In this document: one piece after another, positions 1 to 13,000 of the stretch
How positions within the stretch are numbered: position 1 is the first letter of the stretch
How the letters are laid out: each line of letters opens with the position of its first letter
From: Phoronis australis
Lineage: Eukaryota > Animalia > Phoronida
Length of the DNA stretch: 64,000 nt
Direction: 5' to 3'
Assembly (NCBI GenBank): GCA_002633005.1
Contig: NMRA01000853.1
Span: forward strand, 47,933-111,932
The notes under the pieces: generated by a model
Database searches by the model: none
What the model saw: the letters and a program-made list of their open reading frames with translations, nothing else
Told to the model about the DNA's origin: nothing
Translations under genes and position numbers: made by a program

Positions 1-97
1 GCGTTGACTTTACCGTGCGAATCTGTTCTATTCTACTTTTGTTTTGTGCTGTTTTTCAACAATTGTCGCCACCACTTTCCATCGGCGAGTATTCTGC

Positions 98-993
98 NNN
101 NNNNNNNNNNNNNNNNNNNNNNNNNNNNNNNNNNNNNNNNNNNNNNNNNNNNNNNNNNNNNNNNNNNNNNNNNNNNNNNNNNNNNNNNNNNNNNNNNNNN
201 NNNNNNNNNNNNNNNNNNNNNNNNNNNNNNNNNNNNNNNNNNNNNNNNNNNNNNNNNNNNNNNNNNNNNNNNNNNNNNNNNNNNNNNNNNNNNNNNNNNN
301 NNNNNNNNNNNNNNNNNNNNNNNNNNNNNNNNNNNNNNNNNNNNNNNNNNNNNNNNNNNNNNNNNNNNNNNNNNNNNNNNNNNNNNNNNNNNNNNNNNNN
401 NNNNNNNNNNNNNNNNNNNNNNNNNNNNNNNNNNNNNNNNNNNNNNNNNNNNNNNNNNNNNNNNNNNNNNNNNNNNNNNNNNNNNNNNNNNNNNNNNNNN
501 NNNNNNNNNNNNNNNNNNNNNNNNNNNNNNNNNNNNNNNNNNNNNNNNNNNNNNNNNNNNNNNNNNNNNNNNNNNNNNNNNNNNNNNNNNNNNNNNNNNN
601 NNNNNNNNNNNNNNNNNNNNNNNNNNNNNNNNNNNNNNNNNNNNNNNNNNNNNNNNNNNNNNNNNNNNNNNNNNNNNNNNNNNNNNNNNNNNNNNNNNNN
701 NNNNNNNNNNNNNNNNNNNNNNNNNNNNNNNNNNNNNNNNNNNNNNNNNNNNNNNNNNNNNNNNNNNNNNNNNNNNNNNNNNNNNNNNNNNNNNNNNNNN
801 NNNNNNNNNNNNNNNNNNNNNNNNNNNNNNNNNNNNNNNNNNNNNNNNNNNNNNNNNNNNNNNNNNNNNNNNNNNNNNNNNNNNNNNNNNNNNNNNNNNN
901 NNNNNNNNNNNNNNNNNNNNNNNNNNNNNNNNNNNNNNNNNNNNNNNNNNNNNNNNNNNNNNNNNNNNNNNNNNNNNNNNNNNNNNNNNNNNN
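98..993. other. Assembly gap (896 N)
   Basis: Run of N; the six ORFs spanning it are artefacts. Confidence 0.99.
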
Positions 994-1733
994 ACGCAGC
1001 AACAGTGTGGCATGTTGACTGACTAGTAAATGAAAGCAAACGACGACGTAACTTAACACAACCGAGGTAGAACAATGACTGACTTGGCAGCTCTCACAGT
1101 CAGACTATATGAAAAGAAATTGGCGCGAAATGCTTGCCTCCTAAAACGTCACTTCCGGAGTAGCGGACGAGTAATTAACAAAATTACGAAAAGCTGTAAT
1201 TAAGTGGAAAATATATCTAGGATAACCAACCAACCTTATTTTAGCTCAAAATGACATGAAAAAAGGTTGCCTTCGCCTTTAAAAAGTTGGGCTTCTTGTT
1301 TGCCGAACGCTTGGTGACTACAAGTAATAACTTTCAAGTTATATGGCTTTAAAAACATATTTTGTCCTGTTTAGCAGGTCTCATAATATTCCTTACAGCT
1401 ACGAGTTCTATTTCCATTACCGGCTCAAGTCACTCTGCGCCATTTTCGAATACGCAATTTTAAAGTACATCTAGGACAACCCCAATAAACTTTTGAAGCG
1501 TTTTCTTGAGTAGCTGGTGTTTTCGGGTTTCTTGTTGGTAACTGAACTAAAACCATATCACTGTAAGGAATATTTAGAGACCAATTTCATGACAGCAAAA
1601 ATCCTAATTCGGTTTTCGTTTTAAACAGCGAAACAGGGCGAAATGCATCTTTAACACTATGATTTTAATTATAAATTAAAAAATATTGCTGAAATTATAT
1701 CTGTTGACTGCCACGATTGTCAATATATTTCAG

Positions 1734-1899
1734 GGAAAGAAAGGAATCATTACATTCCGCCACTGCACCTGGAAGAACAACCCCAAGCATCCCACAGGAC
1801 ATATCGATTTGTGGGACGGCAAGAACTGTAGAAACAAGTGTTACTTCAAAGAGTGTAAAGAGTATTGCTTATTCGAGATCCCCAAACCAAAAGCCTTCG
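1734..1899 (+). CDS. Gene 1 exon, type C (His-containing C-terminal third of a Tae4 domain, internal form)
   Basis: tttcag|GGA acceptor, TTCG|gtgagt donor; GKKGIITF...TGHIDLWDG. Confidence 0.9.
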
Positions 1900-4321
1900 G
1901 TGAGTATCTTAAAAGTCAAGTTAACTGCATAATGGCAGAGTGAATATTTATTAGACTCTCATGAACCTGAACAATGCCTTGAACGTTTTGGTGTTACTTA
2001 TTACACTTGTGTGTCTACTGTATTCACAGAACCCAAGTTTAATGACATCTGGAAGAAGTATCCGAATCCGAAGATTAAGAAACCCGCCATGTGGAAAAAA
2101 GCTGGGTTTGATCAGAAGTATCTATCACACTGGGACACCTGTGGACTGAGGTTTAGTTACGCCACCTATAGTTTAGGTAAGTGCCCGTATTGCATTGACA
2201 ACCAGTCAGAGTCTCATCAGGCACTACACACACCCGTTAGATGTTAAATTGGCTGTTAAAGATAGGACATCTGTTGGCTCATTTGTTGACTAACATACTT
2301 TACTGCCGAACGTATACAATGCAGTCGTACCGCCGAGGGCTGTCGTTCTGAATAGCAGTTTCCATGTAAGTGACTGTGTTTACCCTGAACCCGCGTTTGT
2401 GTGAATTGCGTTGAGCGTACCACGATCGTTTGAGACATCTACTAGTTTTTACGGTTTTGCTCCGAGTGAATTTGAATCATGTTATAAACTGTTTCTGATG
2501 ATACGATTGTCAAGTGCGCATGTCTATACGTGCGTTGTTACGTGCTGCATGGAAGAATTGCAATAAACCAGCAAACTTCGATATGTCTGTTTTGAGCGCG
2601 AGACGAGCTTTTTGAGAGACGTGGCAACCGTTTCACTGGCTTTGGTGAAGCTTTGATGAGGTGGGAAAAATTGCCACGCCTTGTTAAAGATGCGCAGGTT
2701 AAGGTAATTGTCAACCTTCGTGAAGCCTTTTTTAGATTCTATAAAACAACTTAACTGTATTTTTAAATGCTTGTCTTAAAGCGTGACTGCTCTTTTTGCG
2801 AAAGTTATCAATTTTAATTTAAACATGTATTTCTAGAAAATCTGACATTTGAAATACAATCGCACTTGTTCTTATTGCCAAATACACAGGGAGGTGTGTC
2901 TCAGTTTTTCATGTATTCAAAAAAAAAACAGTGAAATCTTTGTTGTTGGACGGAAAACGAAATATCGGGGATTTTTTTCCTCGGTCATCGAATCAACCAA
3001 GGCATTCAAGAGAAATCGACGTCCAAACCTTTTAAAGCGGCGAAAATCAAAAGACCTAGAATTGCCTGACGAAGGTTTTCCAGGTATTTGGAATTGATTG
3101 AAGTCGTTCAAAACAACTTGCATATTCATGTAATGCGTTTAAAGAAATATTATAGAAGAAATGAAAACATTCCACGAAAGTTGGAAATTTCCAAACATAT
3201 TTTCAAATTTTAAAGAATGTGTCTATGGAAGAGTGTGACAAATAACAATGGCCAATAATAACCATTAGTGATATTAGTAGTAGTATTAGTAATAGTATTA
3301 GTAATAGTATTAGTAATAGTCCTGTTGGGATATACCGATGATTATTGCATTTTAAGTTTATTTCCATGCAGTTTAGACTGACATGAACTATTTTTAAGAG
3401 GTGTAGATAACCCATAGCATTCAGATATAAGCATGCTCAAGAGAGTTCCCTTTTTTAATACATTTCATTTCAAGAAAAACAGATAATTTTATTATTGAAA
3501 TTACATCTTTAGTTCTACTTTAAAATGAAATACAGGCTTTGGTGAACACTCGGCGATGGGTACCACAATTTATGCTATGAACAGTTAACAGAGCTGATGT
3601 TGACCACTCCGTTCCTAATGACATCATGCCTGTCGTTTCTTGTTTTACTGCAGGCTACACGATTGGCATAACGAAAGCCGATAATTGTAACTGGTCGGGT
3701 TTTAAGAACAAACGGGGTCAGAAATACATCATCAGGGCGGACACTTGGCATTGTTATCTGACGAAGATACTCAAGAAACCACTGTGTGTGAAAAACAGAG
3801 CAAAGTTGCAGGTAATTCTCAAATTTTTTTCGGATTTCATCAAGTGTTGTTTTCTCTGAAGTTATTGATCCTTTTCCTATGTGCATGGTTCTCAGTGTGG
3901 AGTCGAAGACATTTTGTTTACCAAGCTGGATAAAAATATTCAATGCGTGTAGGACTTCGTCTGTGATATATCTGGTTCAGTTTCCCTCTCGGTACCTGTA
4001 CGTTAATTACGTGCTCATTTCGCATACTTACGTTATTGCGCACGTCCAAAATTATTCATAAAATTATGTCTTGTGTTTGTCTTATAGCGCGTTTTCAAAT
4101 TTCTTAGCGAAGCCAATAATGAAATTTCTCGCACAAATGTTATCATAAAGCAACTGTTGTTTCAGGGAAAGAAAGGGATTATAACGTTCCGCCACTGTGC
4201 TTGGAAACAAGACCCCAAGCATCCCACAGGGCATGTCGACGTGTGGAATGGGAAGAAATGCAGAAACAAGTGTTATTTCGACCAGTGCAAGGAGTTCTGC
4301 TTGTTTGAAATTTCGAAATAA
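1734..4321 (+). CDS. dae4: Gene 1: 5'-incomplete Tae4-like (domesticated amidase effector, dae4-like) multi-domain peptidoglycan hydrolase; exons 1734-1899, 2030-2176, 3654-3811, 4166-4321
   Basis: All four exons have canonical AG/GT boundaries with compatible phases (0-1, 1-1, 1-0, 0-stop). They splice to GKKGIITFRHCTWKNNPKHPTGHIDLWDGKNCRNKCYF...EPKFNDIWKKYP...WDTCGLRFSYATYSLGYTIG...GQKYIIRADTWHCYLTKILKKP...GKKGIITFRHCAWKQDPKHPTGHVDVWNGKKCRNKCYFDQCKEFCLFEISK*. Motifs match Tae4 as recalled from the Salmonella enzyme (PSFNEAW, NACPIRMSY, YIYRV..MIDYL....GKP, GKKGII, GHVTLWNG..C...C). Confidence 0.88.
2030..2176 (+). CDS. Gene 1 exon, type A (catalytic Cys, DTCGLRFSY)
   Basis: cacag|AA acceptor, TTAG|gtaagt donor; Cys codon TGT at 2140-2142. 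Confidence 0.9.
3265..3320. repeat. Low-complexity (AGTAATAGTATT-like) microsatellite in a gene 1 intron
   Basis: Tandem agt/aat/att triplets. Confidence 0.8.
3654..3811 (+). CDS. Gene 1 exon, type B (middle third of Tae4 domain)
   Basis: ctgcag|GC acceptor, CAG|gtaatt donor; YTIGITKADNCNWSGFKNKRGQKYIIRADTWHCYLTKILKKPLCVKNRAKLQ. Confidence 0.9.
4166..4321 (+). CDS. Gene 1 terminal exon, type C
   Basis: tttcag|GGA acceptor; GKKGIITFRHCAW...TGHVDVWNG...FEISK TAA; AATAAA at 4485-4490. Confidence 0.9.
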   Translation, partial: GKKGIITFRHCAWKQDPKHPTGHVDVWNGKKCRNKCYFDQCKEFCLFEISK

Positions 4322-4511
4322 CTGTTTCCGTGACTTCACGATCTCACTTGATTATCGTTCATGTAGAATCTGAACATGCTACTTAACTGACCTATAGGCC
4401 ACGTGACAAGTTTGAATATAGTGGCTTTCGCGCTTCCTTCTTACTTGGCAATTTGAGCTGCGTTTGCTTAAACCCTCCATCTGAAATAAACAAAAAAACA
4501 AACAACAAGAN

Positions 4512-5274
4512 GCATTGTTATCTGATGAAGATACTCAAGAAACCACTGTGTGTGAAAAACAGAGCAAAGTTGCAGGTAATTCTCAAAATTTTTTCAGATT
4601 TCATCAAGTGTTGTTTTCTCTGAAGTGATTGATCCTTTTCCTATGTGCATGGTTCTCAGTGTGGAGACAACGACATTTTGTTTACCAAGCTGGATAAAAA
4701 TATTCAATGCGTATAGGACTTCGTCTGTGATATATCTAGTTCAGTTTCCCTCTCGGTACCTGTACGTTAATTACGTGCTCATTTCGCACACTTACGTTAT
4801 TGCGCACGTCCAAAATTATTCATAAAATTATGTCTTGTGTTCGTCTTATAGCGCGTTTTCAAATTTCTTAGCGAAGCCAATTATGAAATTTCTCGCACAA
4901 ATGTTATCATAAAGCAACTGTTGTTTCAGAGAAAGAAAGGGATTATAACGTTCCGCCACTGTGCTTGGAAACAAGACCCCAAGCATCCCACAGGGCATGT
5001 CGACGTGTGGAATGGGAAGAAATGCAGAAACAAGTGTTATTTCGACCAGTGCAAGGAGTTCTGCTTGTTTGAAATTTCGAAATAACTGTTTCCGTGACTT
5101 CACGATCTCACTTGATTATCGTTCATGTAGAATCTGAACATGCTACTTAACTGACCTATAGGCCACGTGACAAGTTTGAATATAGTGGCTTTCGCGCTTC
5201 CTTCTTACTTGGCAATTTGAGCTGCGTTTGCTTAAACCCTCCATCTGAAATAAACAAAAAAACAAACAACAAGA
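4512..5274 (+). repeat. Near-identical direct copy of 3748-4510 (partial exon B plus terminal exon C at 4930-5085); probable haplotype-overlap assembly artefact
   Basis: 763-bp repeat at offset 764, separated by a single N at 4511, starting mid-exon, with only scattered SNPs. Confidence 0.85.
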
Positions 5275-6148
5275 GTGTAACTAATGTCGACCAGCGTCAC
5301 CTCATGGGTATAACATAACTGTACAACTCTTTGGGTTGTGTGTAATTCTCATGTAATTCTAAGGACACATAGTCATTGTTTGCTGTTATACAGGGGAGAA
5401 GAGTCAACAAGTGCGGAAGGAGGACGACGATAATTCTTAGCAAAAATAATGAAACTTTTTTAGGTTTTATTGTGCACGATAACTCTTATAGGGACGCTCC
5501 TTTCACGAGGGCCAACAGAATTAATGGCTAGCCTCTTTTCATGCTATCCAGGTTCTTTATATCAGTTGCGCTTATAAAACTGTTCAAAGTGAAGCGTTTT
5601 ATTGCACTTGGCTTTTAGTGACTAAATGCATATAACGAAAACATGTAAGCTTAACATGCTGTTGCCGTTTATTTTAAAGTTCATAACTCAGTTCCCTGAT
5701 TACCTGTTTTGTGAATACGCCAAACCATAAAACTATCATTAGAAAGCACGTTGTACGAATTTAGTCAACTCGGGAAACACCTTATTGTCAATAACTGTTG
5801 GGCCCCTGTTTAAACCGTCTTGCCATCAATTTTCGTTTGGAAAACTTTAGAAATGTCTTATTCAATATCTCGGGTTATAGGAAGCTAAAATAAGTGTCAT
5901 TTCAAGCAAAAATGTATCTTCTTTTAGAGCAGGGTATGCATTGACCTATAGGCCCAAATAGAACTTGAAATTGTTTTTGCCATTCGTTCTACTATCGTAC
6001 AAACTTATGCTTTGTGTATGTTATTGTGAGCTCGTGTGTATCATGATCTCGTTGGGACATTCCCAGATGAAATGAATTCTCGATAGGATATGACAGCAGT
6101 ATTCCTATGTATGTGGGACAACCTATATTTATACGTCATATGCTCGCC

Positions 6149-6418
6149 ACTTATACCATATCCACGGGCTTATTAGAAAAGCCCACTGATGTACAGTGCA
6201 CACCGAAATTTGGGTAAGATGTCTCCTCTAAGTCTGGTTCGATTTCTATAATGTGGTAAGGGACAGCTCATTGGACTTGAGCGCCTGTACTTTTAGTAGA
6301 TAGTCCAGAAGTTCGAGCCCCGGTCGGACAGAGCTCTTTTCAGACTTAACTAAAGCTCATGTACTGTGACCAACATATGTCGTGGAAGAAGACTAATAAA
6401 TCTTACTTATACCATATC
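6149..6418 (+). mobile_element. Possible tRNA-derived SINE-like insertion
   Basis: 14-bp direct repeat ACTTATACCATATC at 6149-6162 and 6405-6418; A-box-like AGCTCATTGG near 6266 and B-box-like GTTCGAGCCC near 6311. Confidence 0.45.
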
Positions 6419-7619
6419 AACGCTCTGATTTATGACAGCAAAATCATATAATAGATACTTAACTTTAGTTCGTTCACCAGAAAAATATCAAAAATAATTT
6501 CGAGTTCGATTTTGAGTCTGGAAATTAGACATCGTTCCTGATTATGCAGTGATAAGTGTTCCAAAAGTTTGAATGAAAATTGTTAAGAGTAACACGTTTC
6601 ACTTTCACCTGACCGTCATGTGAAGTGGTTACAGAACCGGATATGTAACCGCAAAGCACCAAATAACGTTTTTGTTTTGAACCATTTTTGGAAGAAACTT
6701 TAACTTTACCTTTTCACAAACTTGTAGAACATCGACACTTTCACTACTTCTCAGCTACGAGGGAAAATTTATTCAACCTGAAATTAACTTCGTTGATACG
6801 ACTGAAATTACTTCAGCTGAATGCATATGGAAGACGTAACAAAGTATTTTGTTGTAGTGTGCAGTTAGCTAAATAGGAGCAAACGTACGCTACCAATAGT
6901 TTTAGACATGAGCTTAAACTGGTGTGTCGCTAATGTATCATGCTCTACGAAAAGGTGCCAAGATATTTTTTCTTTTTCTAGTTTCGATTTATTTTAATTT
7001 GATGAATCAGTGCTCACAGACGTGAACAGTTACTAGCTACACGAGAATCCAAATCGGCAACAACAAATTTCGAAATTCAATGAATTAAGCCATTGTCTGA
7101 AGGCTATGCTTTCTAAGTGTGACGAAAGGTAGCACTGTGCGCTGATCATGTAACACGACTTCTCATTGGTTGGTGATCCATATTCAAACATTCCGAGTGC
7201 TTGATGCTGAGAAACGCGTCATTTTTTGCTCCATCTATAGAGAAACGCTTTTAAAATGCTTTTGTGGCTCGCGGTTGAAGAAACCAGAACTAAATCGATG
7301 CATTACACACAAGTTTGTATTTTTGACACACTGTAGTTTTGCTGTTCATTGTCGTACCATATCAGGGGCATAGCCACCAAAAACGCAACTATACACGTGC
7401 GTCTTGAACAAGAATGGAATAAATTTTATTTTCTTGTGTTTTGCTATTTATTGAATAGGCAAACGTGTAATATAGAAACGGAAACCAGCATGTAATGATG
7501 CAACATCCAAATTCCTGTTATAATTGATCATGGATTGACAGACATTCGCATCACAGGCAAGCAAACTGTATTCATTACCTAGAATCACCACACCACAACG
7601 CCACAGAATTGTTATTAAA

Positions 7620-9280
7620 ATTTGCCATTCGTCTTTAAAATATTCTTCATTTCCTTATATTTAAGCTTTTTTAAGTAATAAGTTAATTCAGACTTAAAAA
7701 TTGCGACCCATGGCACTTGGTACTTCATTTGGAGGGAAAATATGTATTTTGATAAAAGCATTCAGTGACTTAAAACTGCACCCACTTTAATCCAAATGTG
7801 ACAGTGAAAGCATCCAAATTAGGTTTTGAACATTTCTCTACACAAAAAGGAAATTCGGAAATACTTTCCCAAAAAGCAATGTTCTCTGGCTTTGCAGGAC
7901 AGAAGCTTCATCAATCAGACTCTTTAGCCCCTATTTGCAAGAATAACTTATTTGTTCCAATTGTTCTATGGACATCTGTATAGTAGCCACTTTAGACATT
8001 CATTGTTCACTAGGCTAAAGTCAAAAGCATAAATAACTTGCAATTCGGGGTTTGATTTAATGTTAACTCCAAAACCAGTTTCCCATTTTCGTTTTTGTGT
8101 AATTTTATAAGAAAGCGCCGTGTAAAATGCCCGAATACCCTTATTATCACATAGCATTTTTGGCCCATCAATGGAAAAAGTGGAAACTTTATTTGAAAAG
8201 GATTTATCTCTTTCGACGATAAATAATAGAATTTGCATTAAGGAATTGAGTACATCTCGACAGAAATAATTCTTACATCCATCAGCTAGTCTTAAAGTAG
8301 GCATCCCCCATCTTGCTGAAATGCACTTTGTTCTTCAAATAGTGGAAATAAATAATTTCTTTCCACTAAGAACCAGTATTTTGTAAAACTTTACTATGCT
8401 ATTTCCAATGATATGTTGAAAGAGTCAACATGTATCATATTTACTCAGTCTACTTTTGGACAAATTTTGACATAACAAACGTCGAGAGATTTTTTTCATT
8501 TTTGTATCCCCATGTAAATTTGTTGAACAAACGTTCAGTTTTGTGCACGGTTTCTCTTTTTTGGGAGACGACAACCTTAAGAACAAAGGTGTCAATTTAC
8601 AAGTTGACAAGGATTTAACCGCAAATTTTTCCTACTACCGTCGGGAGTTTCTTGGACGAAAATCCTGTATCTTTTTCTATTTCATGCAGGTTTTCAGAGT
8701 AGCTGTCTTCAATTGTTTTGGAAAGGTCTACACACAGTATATTCCCATCTTTTTGAAGCCACTTGTTCAATTAATTAGCACCTATCCACGCACAGTATGT
8801 TTTTCAATCTTGGGCATTAGGCCGAAGAACTTGTCAGAAGATTTGTCAGAACCACCAAGAACACTAAGTTGGTCGTCTGCATTAACTTATTTTCGAGGTC
8901 ACCAACCCTGAGCCCCCTTATGCCTTTTTTTCCTGAACAATACTCCTGAAATTACACAGTGCATAGGTAAGGAGATAAAGGGTCCCCATGCTTGCAGGTT
9001 TATGAATTTTAAAAAACTGTGAAGTTATTCCATCTTGCATGACGCACAAGCTTGATCCTTAGTTAAGAATTTTAGCCACTTGCAAAATATATCACCAAAC
9101 ACCAAACGTTTCACAAATACAATCCCATGTTAATGAATGAAAAGATTTTTCAAAGTCGATCAATGTTGTCAAACTTGGGATATTTTTCAGTAAAAGACAG
9201 AATATCACATAGTGTTGTGGTATTCTATTTAATAAATCGTCCAAGGAGAAATACAGAGTGGCCCATCAGTATATTCTCAT
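7620..9280 (-). mobile_element. Decayed L1/Tx1-like LINE ORF2 (RT and downstream region)
   Basis: Minus strand near 8960-8990 encodes GDPLSPYL; near 8880 an ADD remnant; ORF 7966-8304 resembles the Tx1 ORF2 C-terminal region; many stops and frameshifts. Confidence 0.6.
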
Positions 9281-9667
9281 TCTAACGGCTAAACACGCAG
9301 AAAGAATTTCACAAATTTCATTTAGTTACGACACTGGACGACAGTTCGGCAAAAACTCACGAGGTTTATTGCACTAAAAGAGTGTCATTAAAGCGTCCTT
9401 TAAAGACAACCTCCAGCGGCTAAAACACCTTTTTGACACCAGATATGCTAGTATTGTTCATAAAGAATATTGTTTTTGCTTCTTACATACCACGGAAAGT
9501 AATTAATTGCAGCGCAAATTACACCGCTCATAATCCGTAGCCCCTCAACCAATCAGCGTAAAGTTGTTCACATGACATCGTGGCCACGAAATTACTCGGA
9601 AGCCACACTGCGTAACAGCTGAGTGCCACTTTGTAGACGTTCTTTACTTGTCGATCTCTGGGCTAAA

Positions 9668-9826
9668 ATGCCGCGTTGCGGGGTGTGCGGGTGTAGCAAT
9701 GTCAGCGGCAATGACATACATATGCACAACTTCCCCACCGATCACGTTGTGTGCCGTGCGTGGAATAGATTTGTATCCACGACAAGGACTGGTGACAAAG
9801 TTACCGATCAGCAAGATCAGTTCTAG
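9668..9826 (+). pseudogene. THAP zinc-finger fragment, likely from a DNA transposon (Kolobok/P/Harbinger type)
   Basis: MPRCGVCGCSN...HMHNFPTD...RAWNRFV..TR matches the THAP N-terminal C-x-C...FP...W pattern; truncated before the C-x2-H. Confidence 0.65.
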
Positions 9827-11479
9827 ACTAGGTGCAAAGCTGTATACAAAATCAACAGCTTTGAGCCGATGTGGATAAAAATGACGAAAAAAAATCTGAC
9901 TAAGAAGTAGTGTCATTAAAAGCTGCACCACTCCTTGAGTAAACCAAATTATTTATCGGTATTGCAAAAATTATCGTTCTGCCGCTCATCTACTGCTAAA
10001 ATTGAAGTGCGATCTTGTAAGTCGGCTTTCGGCGATTACGTCACCGGACCTGAACAGTTTCTTTTCCCCGGTTTATTCTTCTATCAACTGTTCTTTGCTG
10101 CCACGATGTTGCGTACAGTCACAACAAATCGTCGGAACTGGTTTCATTTCGTTATAAGTTTTTAGTATTTTTAAGACCAGCAAACCGAATGTTAGAACAA
10201 ACTTTACTGCTGCGAAGCTGTCATCATGTCCCAACGAGCGTACTGTTTTCAAAACGACAACAGACTTTCTTCGTTAAAATTGGCGGAGAGTAATGCTAGA
10301 AAATGACGTTTATTAGACTGTTTTTCACTTAAACGACTGGCAACGGGCAAGGTGAGTGTTCGAATTGTCTCCCAGATTTTGCATGCACCCCGTCGGTCGT
10401 TGGCTCTTCGATATAAGTTTCACGACGAGGTGATTAACACAACTCATACCCGGCCTGTATGAAATTTCGAGGTCTAACGAAGCTCAATTCACAGTGTTAC
10501 CTAGCTGTATTTTGGCGATAGTCTTCAAACATCTAGTTGGCTGGCTACAAAAAAATCTGCAGTACGCACTTCGACGTTTCGTGTTACTGTTCCGGCCAAT
10601 CCGGCCCAAATCGAAATATTCTGCCTGATTTGGGTCGTTCCCGTAGGCCTAACGGAACTTGAATGCTGAATTTAAAACGTTCAATTGATTATAAATTCTT
10701 ATAATTCGGTATGTTTTCATGCAATCCAGACTTTATTTCATGGTTTTAATTTATTACACACACTCACAACAACTAAATTTTCGATCTTTTGAGGTTGCTC
10801 TAGTCAAAAAGGCGGCGATTATGGGTTGCAGCATTTCAAGGCGAATTATTTTGAAAATTGAGTTTGTAATATAAAATTTTCAATGAATTTGAATGTAATT
10901 GCTTTGTACGAAAAGATCAAGCTGGTAAGTGTTGTAACGTTTCCACGTAATTTGCACCAAATTAAGCGGCTTATTGTCGTCTAGTCCAACACGGGACACA
11001 CACTCGACAGCGGCCCGTATCGGAATCGCGCAACATTCACACCTTCGGCTTCAAAAAGCATGAATGCGAAGTTCCTAACATCAAAAGTTTTGTATCAAGC
11101 AAAATACACTTTATAATAAACATTGCGAAATTGCCTGATAACAATTCGGACCGTCGAAGCGTTTTGTTTTTCCGGCTGTTTCGGCGACCCCAGTCACACT
11201 CCCGGGGATTCCCATACGGGCCCGTATTAGAATGTGTGCTAAATAATTGAATAAAAAATTCTAAATGTGCTGATTTTGATCAATTTTAATATTAATTGAC
11301 ATGAAATGAACATTTAAGGTGTTTCCTTGATTTTCCACGTATTTTGCACTAAATTAAACGATAAGTCATCGCTTAACGATGATGTCGTAGATTTCGGTTA
11401 GTGTACGCGCCATCTCAAGTTCTTTTTTGACGCTAAATGGGGTTCGTGATGGGACTACTGTATTATCAAAGGCCTACTT

Positions 11480-13000
11480 AATCAACGACTGGGGTATGCC
11501 ATGACACAGCATTTTGATGTGTTTTCATCAATAAATGTATTTTAGATATAAAACCTGTCATTTTGGCACCATATTAAGCCTTTAATTGTGAATTTGAAAG
11601 CACCCTAGTATCCAAACTCAGTGCTTAAAATAGAGAAGATGACCAACTCTTGAAAACATATGTGAACTCCTGCAGCAGTGAAATTGTCAATCTCAGGTCT
11701 TTTATCATATATTTATAACATTTTCCAGTTCATGGTATTTACATAGATGTTGAATAATATCTGTGTTTGCGGAAATTTGATCAGCCTCCTCGAACAAATG
11801 TTCATAATATCTTTTAATCTCGCCAAGTAATTCATCTTATGCAGTTATTGTACTGCCAGATTGGGTAACATTCTTGTTCAATTCTTCTAATGTATTTTCT
11901 CCCTCCTCGATCCATTTACAGCCAGCTCTTAACATCCTTCACCCATACTTTCTAACTCTTTTACTTTTAGTCACTCGTCCTCGGTCGTTTCAATGTAACA
12001 TAAAATTCACAGATTCAATACACTTTACCAAAGCCTTTGGTTTTATATGAATTGAAAAGCCATTTGTCACACGCACTTTTTTCAGCACTACTTCAAAATG
12101 AAGTTTGTTATAAATTAAAAACTAGGATCTTTCGATCATATCCTCATTACCGTCAGTTAGGATATCTTATACTCATTAACATTATTTGGAATAACATCTT
12201 TCAGTGTAGTGACGTATAACTCATGGGATAACAAGTTGTTAAGTCGCCGGAAGCTAGGTCCTTTTTTAAAATCGCAACATTTCAAGGTCACTGCTATAGC
12301 CGAGTCACCAGTTTTATAACCACATAGAATTTCCACCTTTTCAAGAAATCCTGTGGGTTCCTCACTGACCAGAAAAAAGCCCGATCTTGCACATATGTGT
12401 GGGTTTCTTTTAAGCCACGTGTAGCATCTTATTGCAGGATATCTAAGTCTCCAAGATTTACCTAAATTTAACCTAATTTTAATTGTCTAATTTTCCCTTC
12501 AGATACAGGATTGTTGTCACGCTTATTGTATAGCCATAACAACCTAAATTGTAATCCTGGACAGCAGTCCAGTTCCCACACATAATTACAAACTCTGACG
12601 CAAATTCATTCAGCAGGCTTCTAAGGTGTCGGAAAAGAGGGATTGTCTTTATGTGGATCATACATAAAAAACAGTTTCCATAAATTTTGACTCAACTGTT
12701 CAATTAATTGCTAGCTAATTCCCAACTAAATCGTGCTCAATATCACAAAATGTTAAATTCAAAGATATCACAAATTAGTATGGCAAATCCTCTTAAATTG
12801 CTCGATTCATGGGAACTCTAACACTCAATTGAATGTTTTTAAAACATTTTAATCACTTATGATGAGAAATGAGTATTCGTAGATAATAAATACAGTATTC
12901 CTATTCCTTAGTAAGCAAAAATATCCTTTCGTTTTCTAGGACCCCAGTCCTGTACAATTCAGTGACATTATTTTTAGCATAAGAAAAAGAGTATTCTAAA
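11480..13000 (-). mobile_element. Decayed L1/Tx1-like LINE ORF2 5' part (AP endonuclease region)
   Basis: Minus-strand remnants such as IMCGNWT (for GDFN) and TWLKRNP...AR..FFLVS. Confidence 0.5.

Noticed and set aside
4-1075. Six long ORFs of 324-343 aa
   Set aside because: They are read-through of the N gap.
4082-5103. Identical 85-aa minus-strand ORFs (4082-4339, 4846-5103), also 3575-3943 and 49644-49964
   Set aside because: Antisense shadows of the Tae4 exons; the identity comes from the local duplication.
6259-6330. tRNA gene
   Set aside because: A/B-box-like motifs are present but no convincing cloverleaf; better explained as a SINE head.
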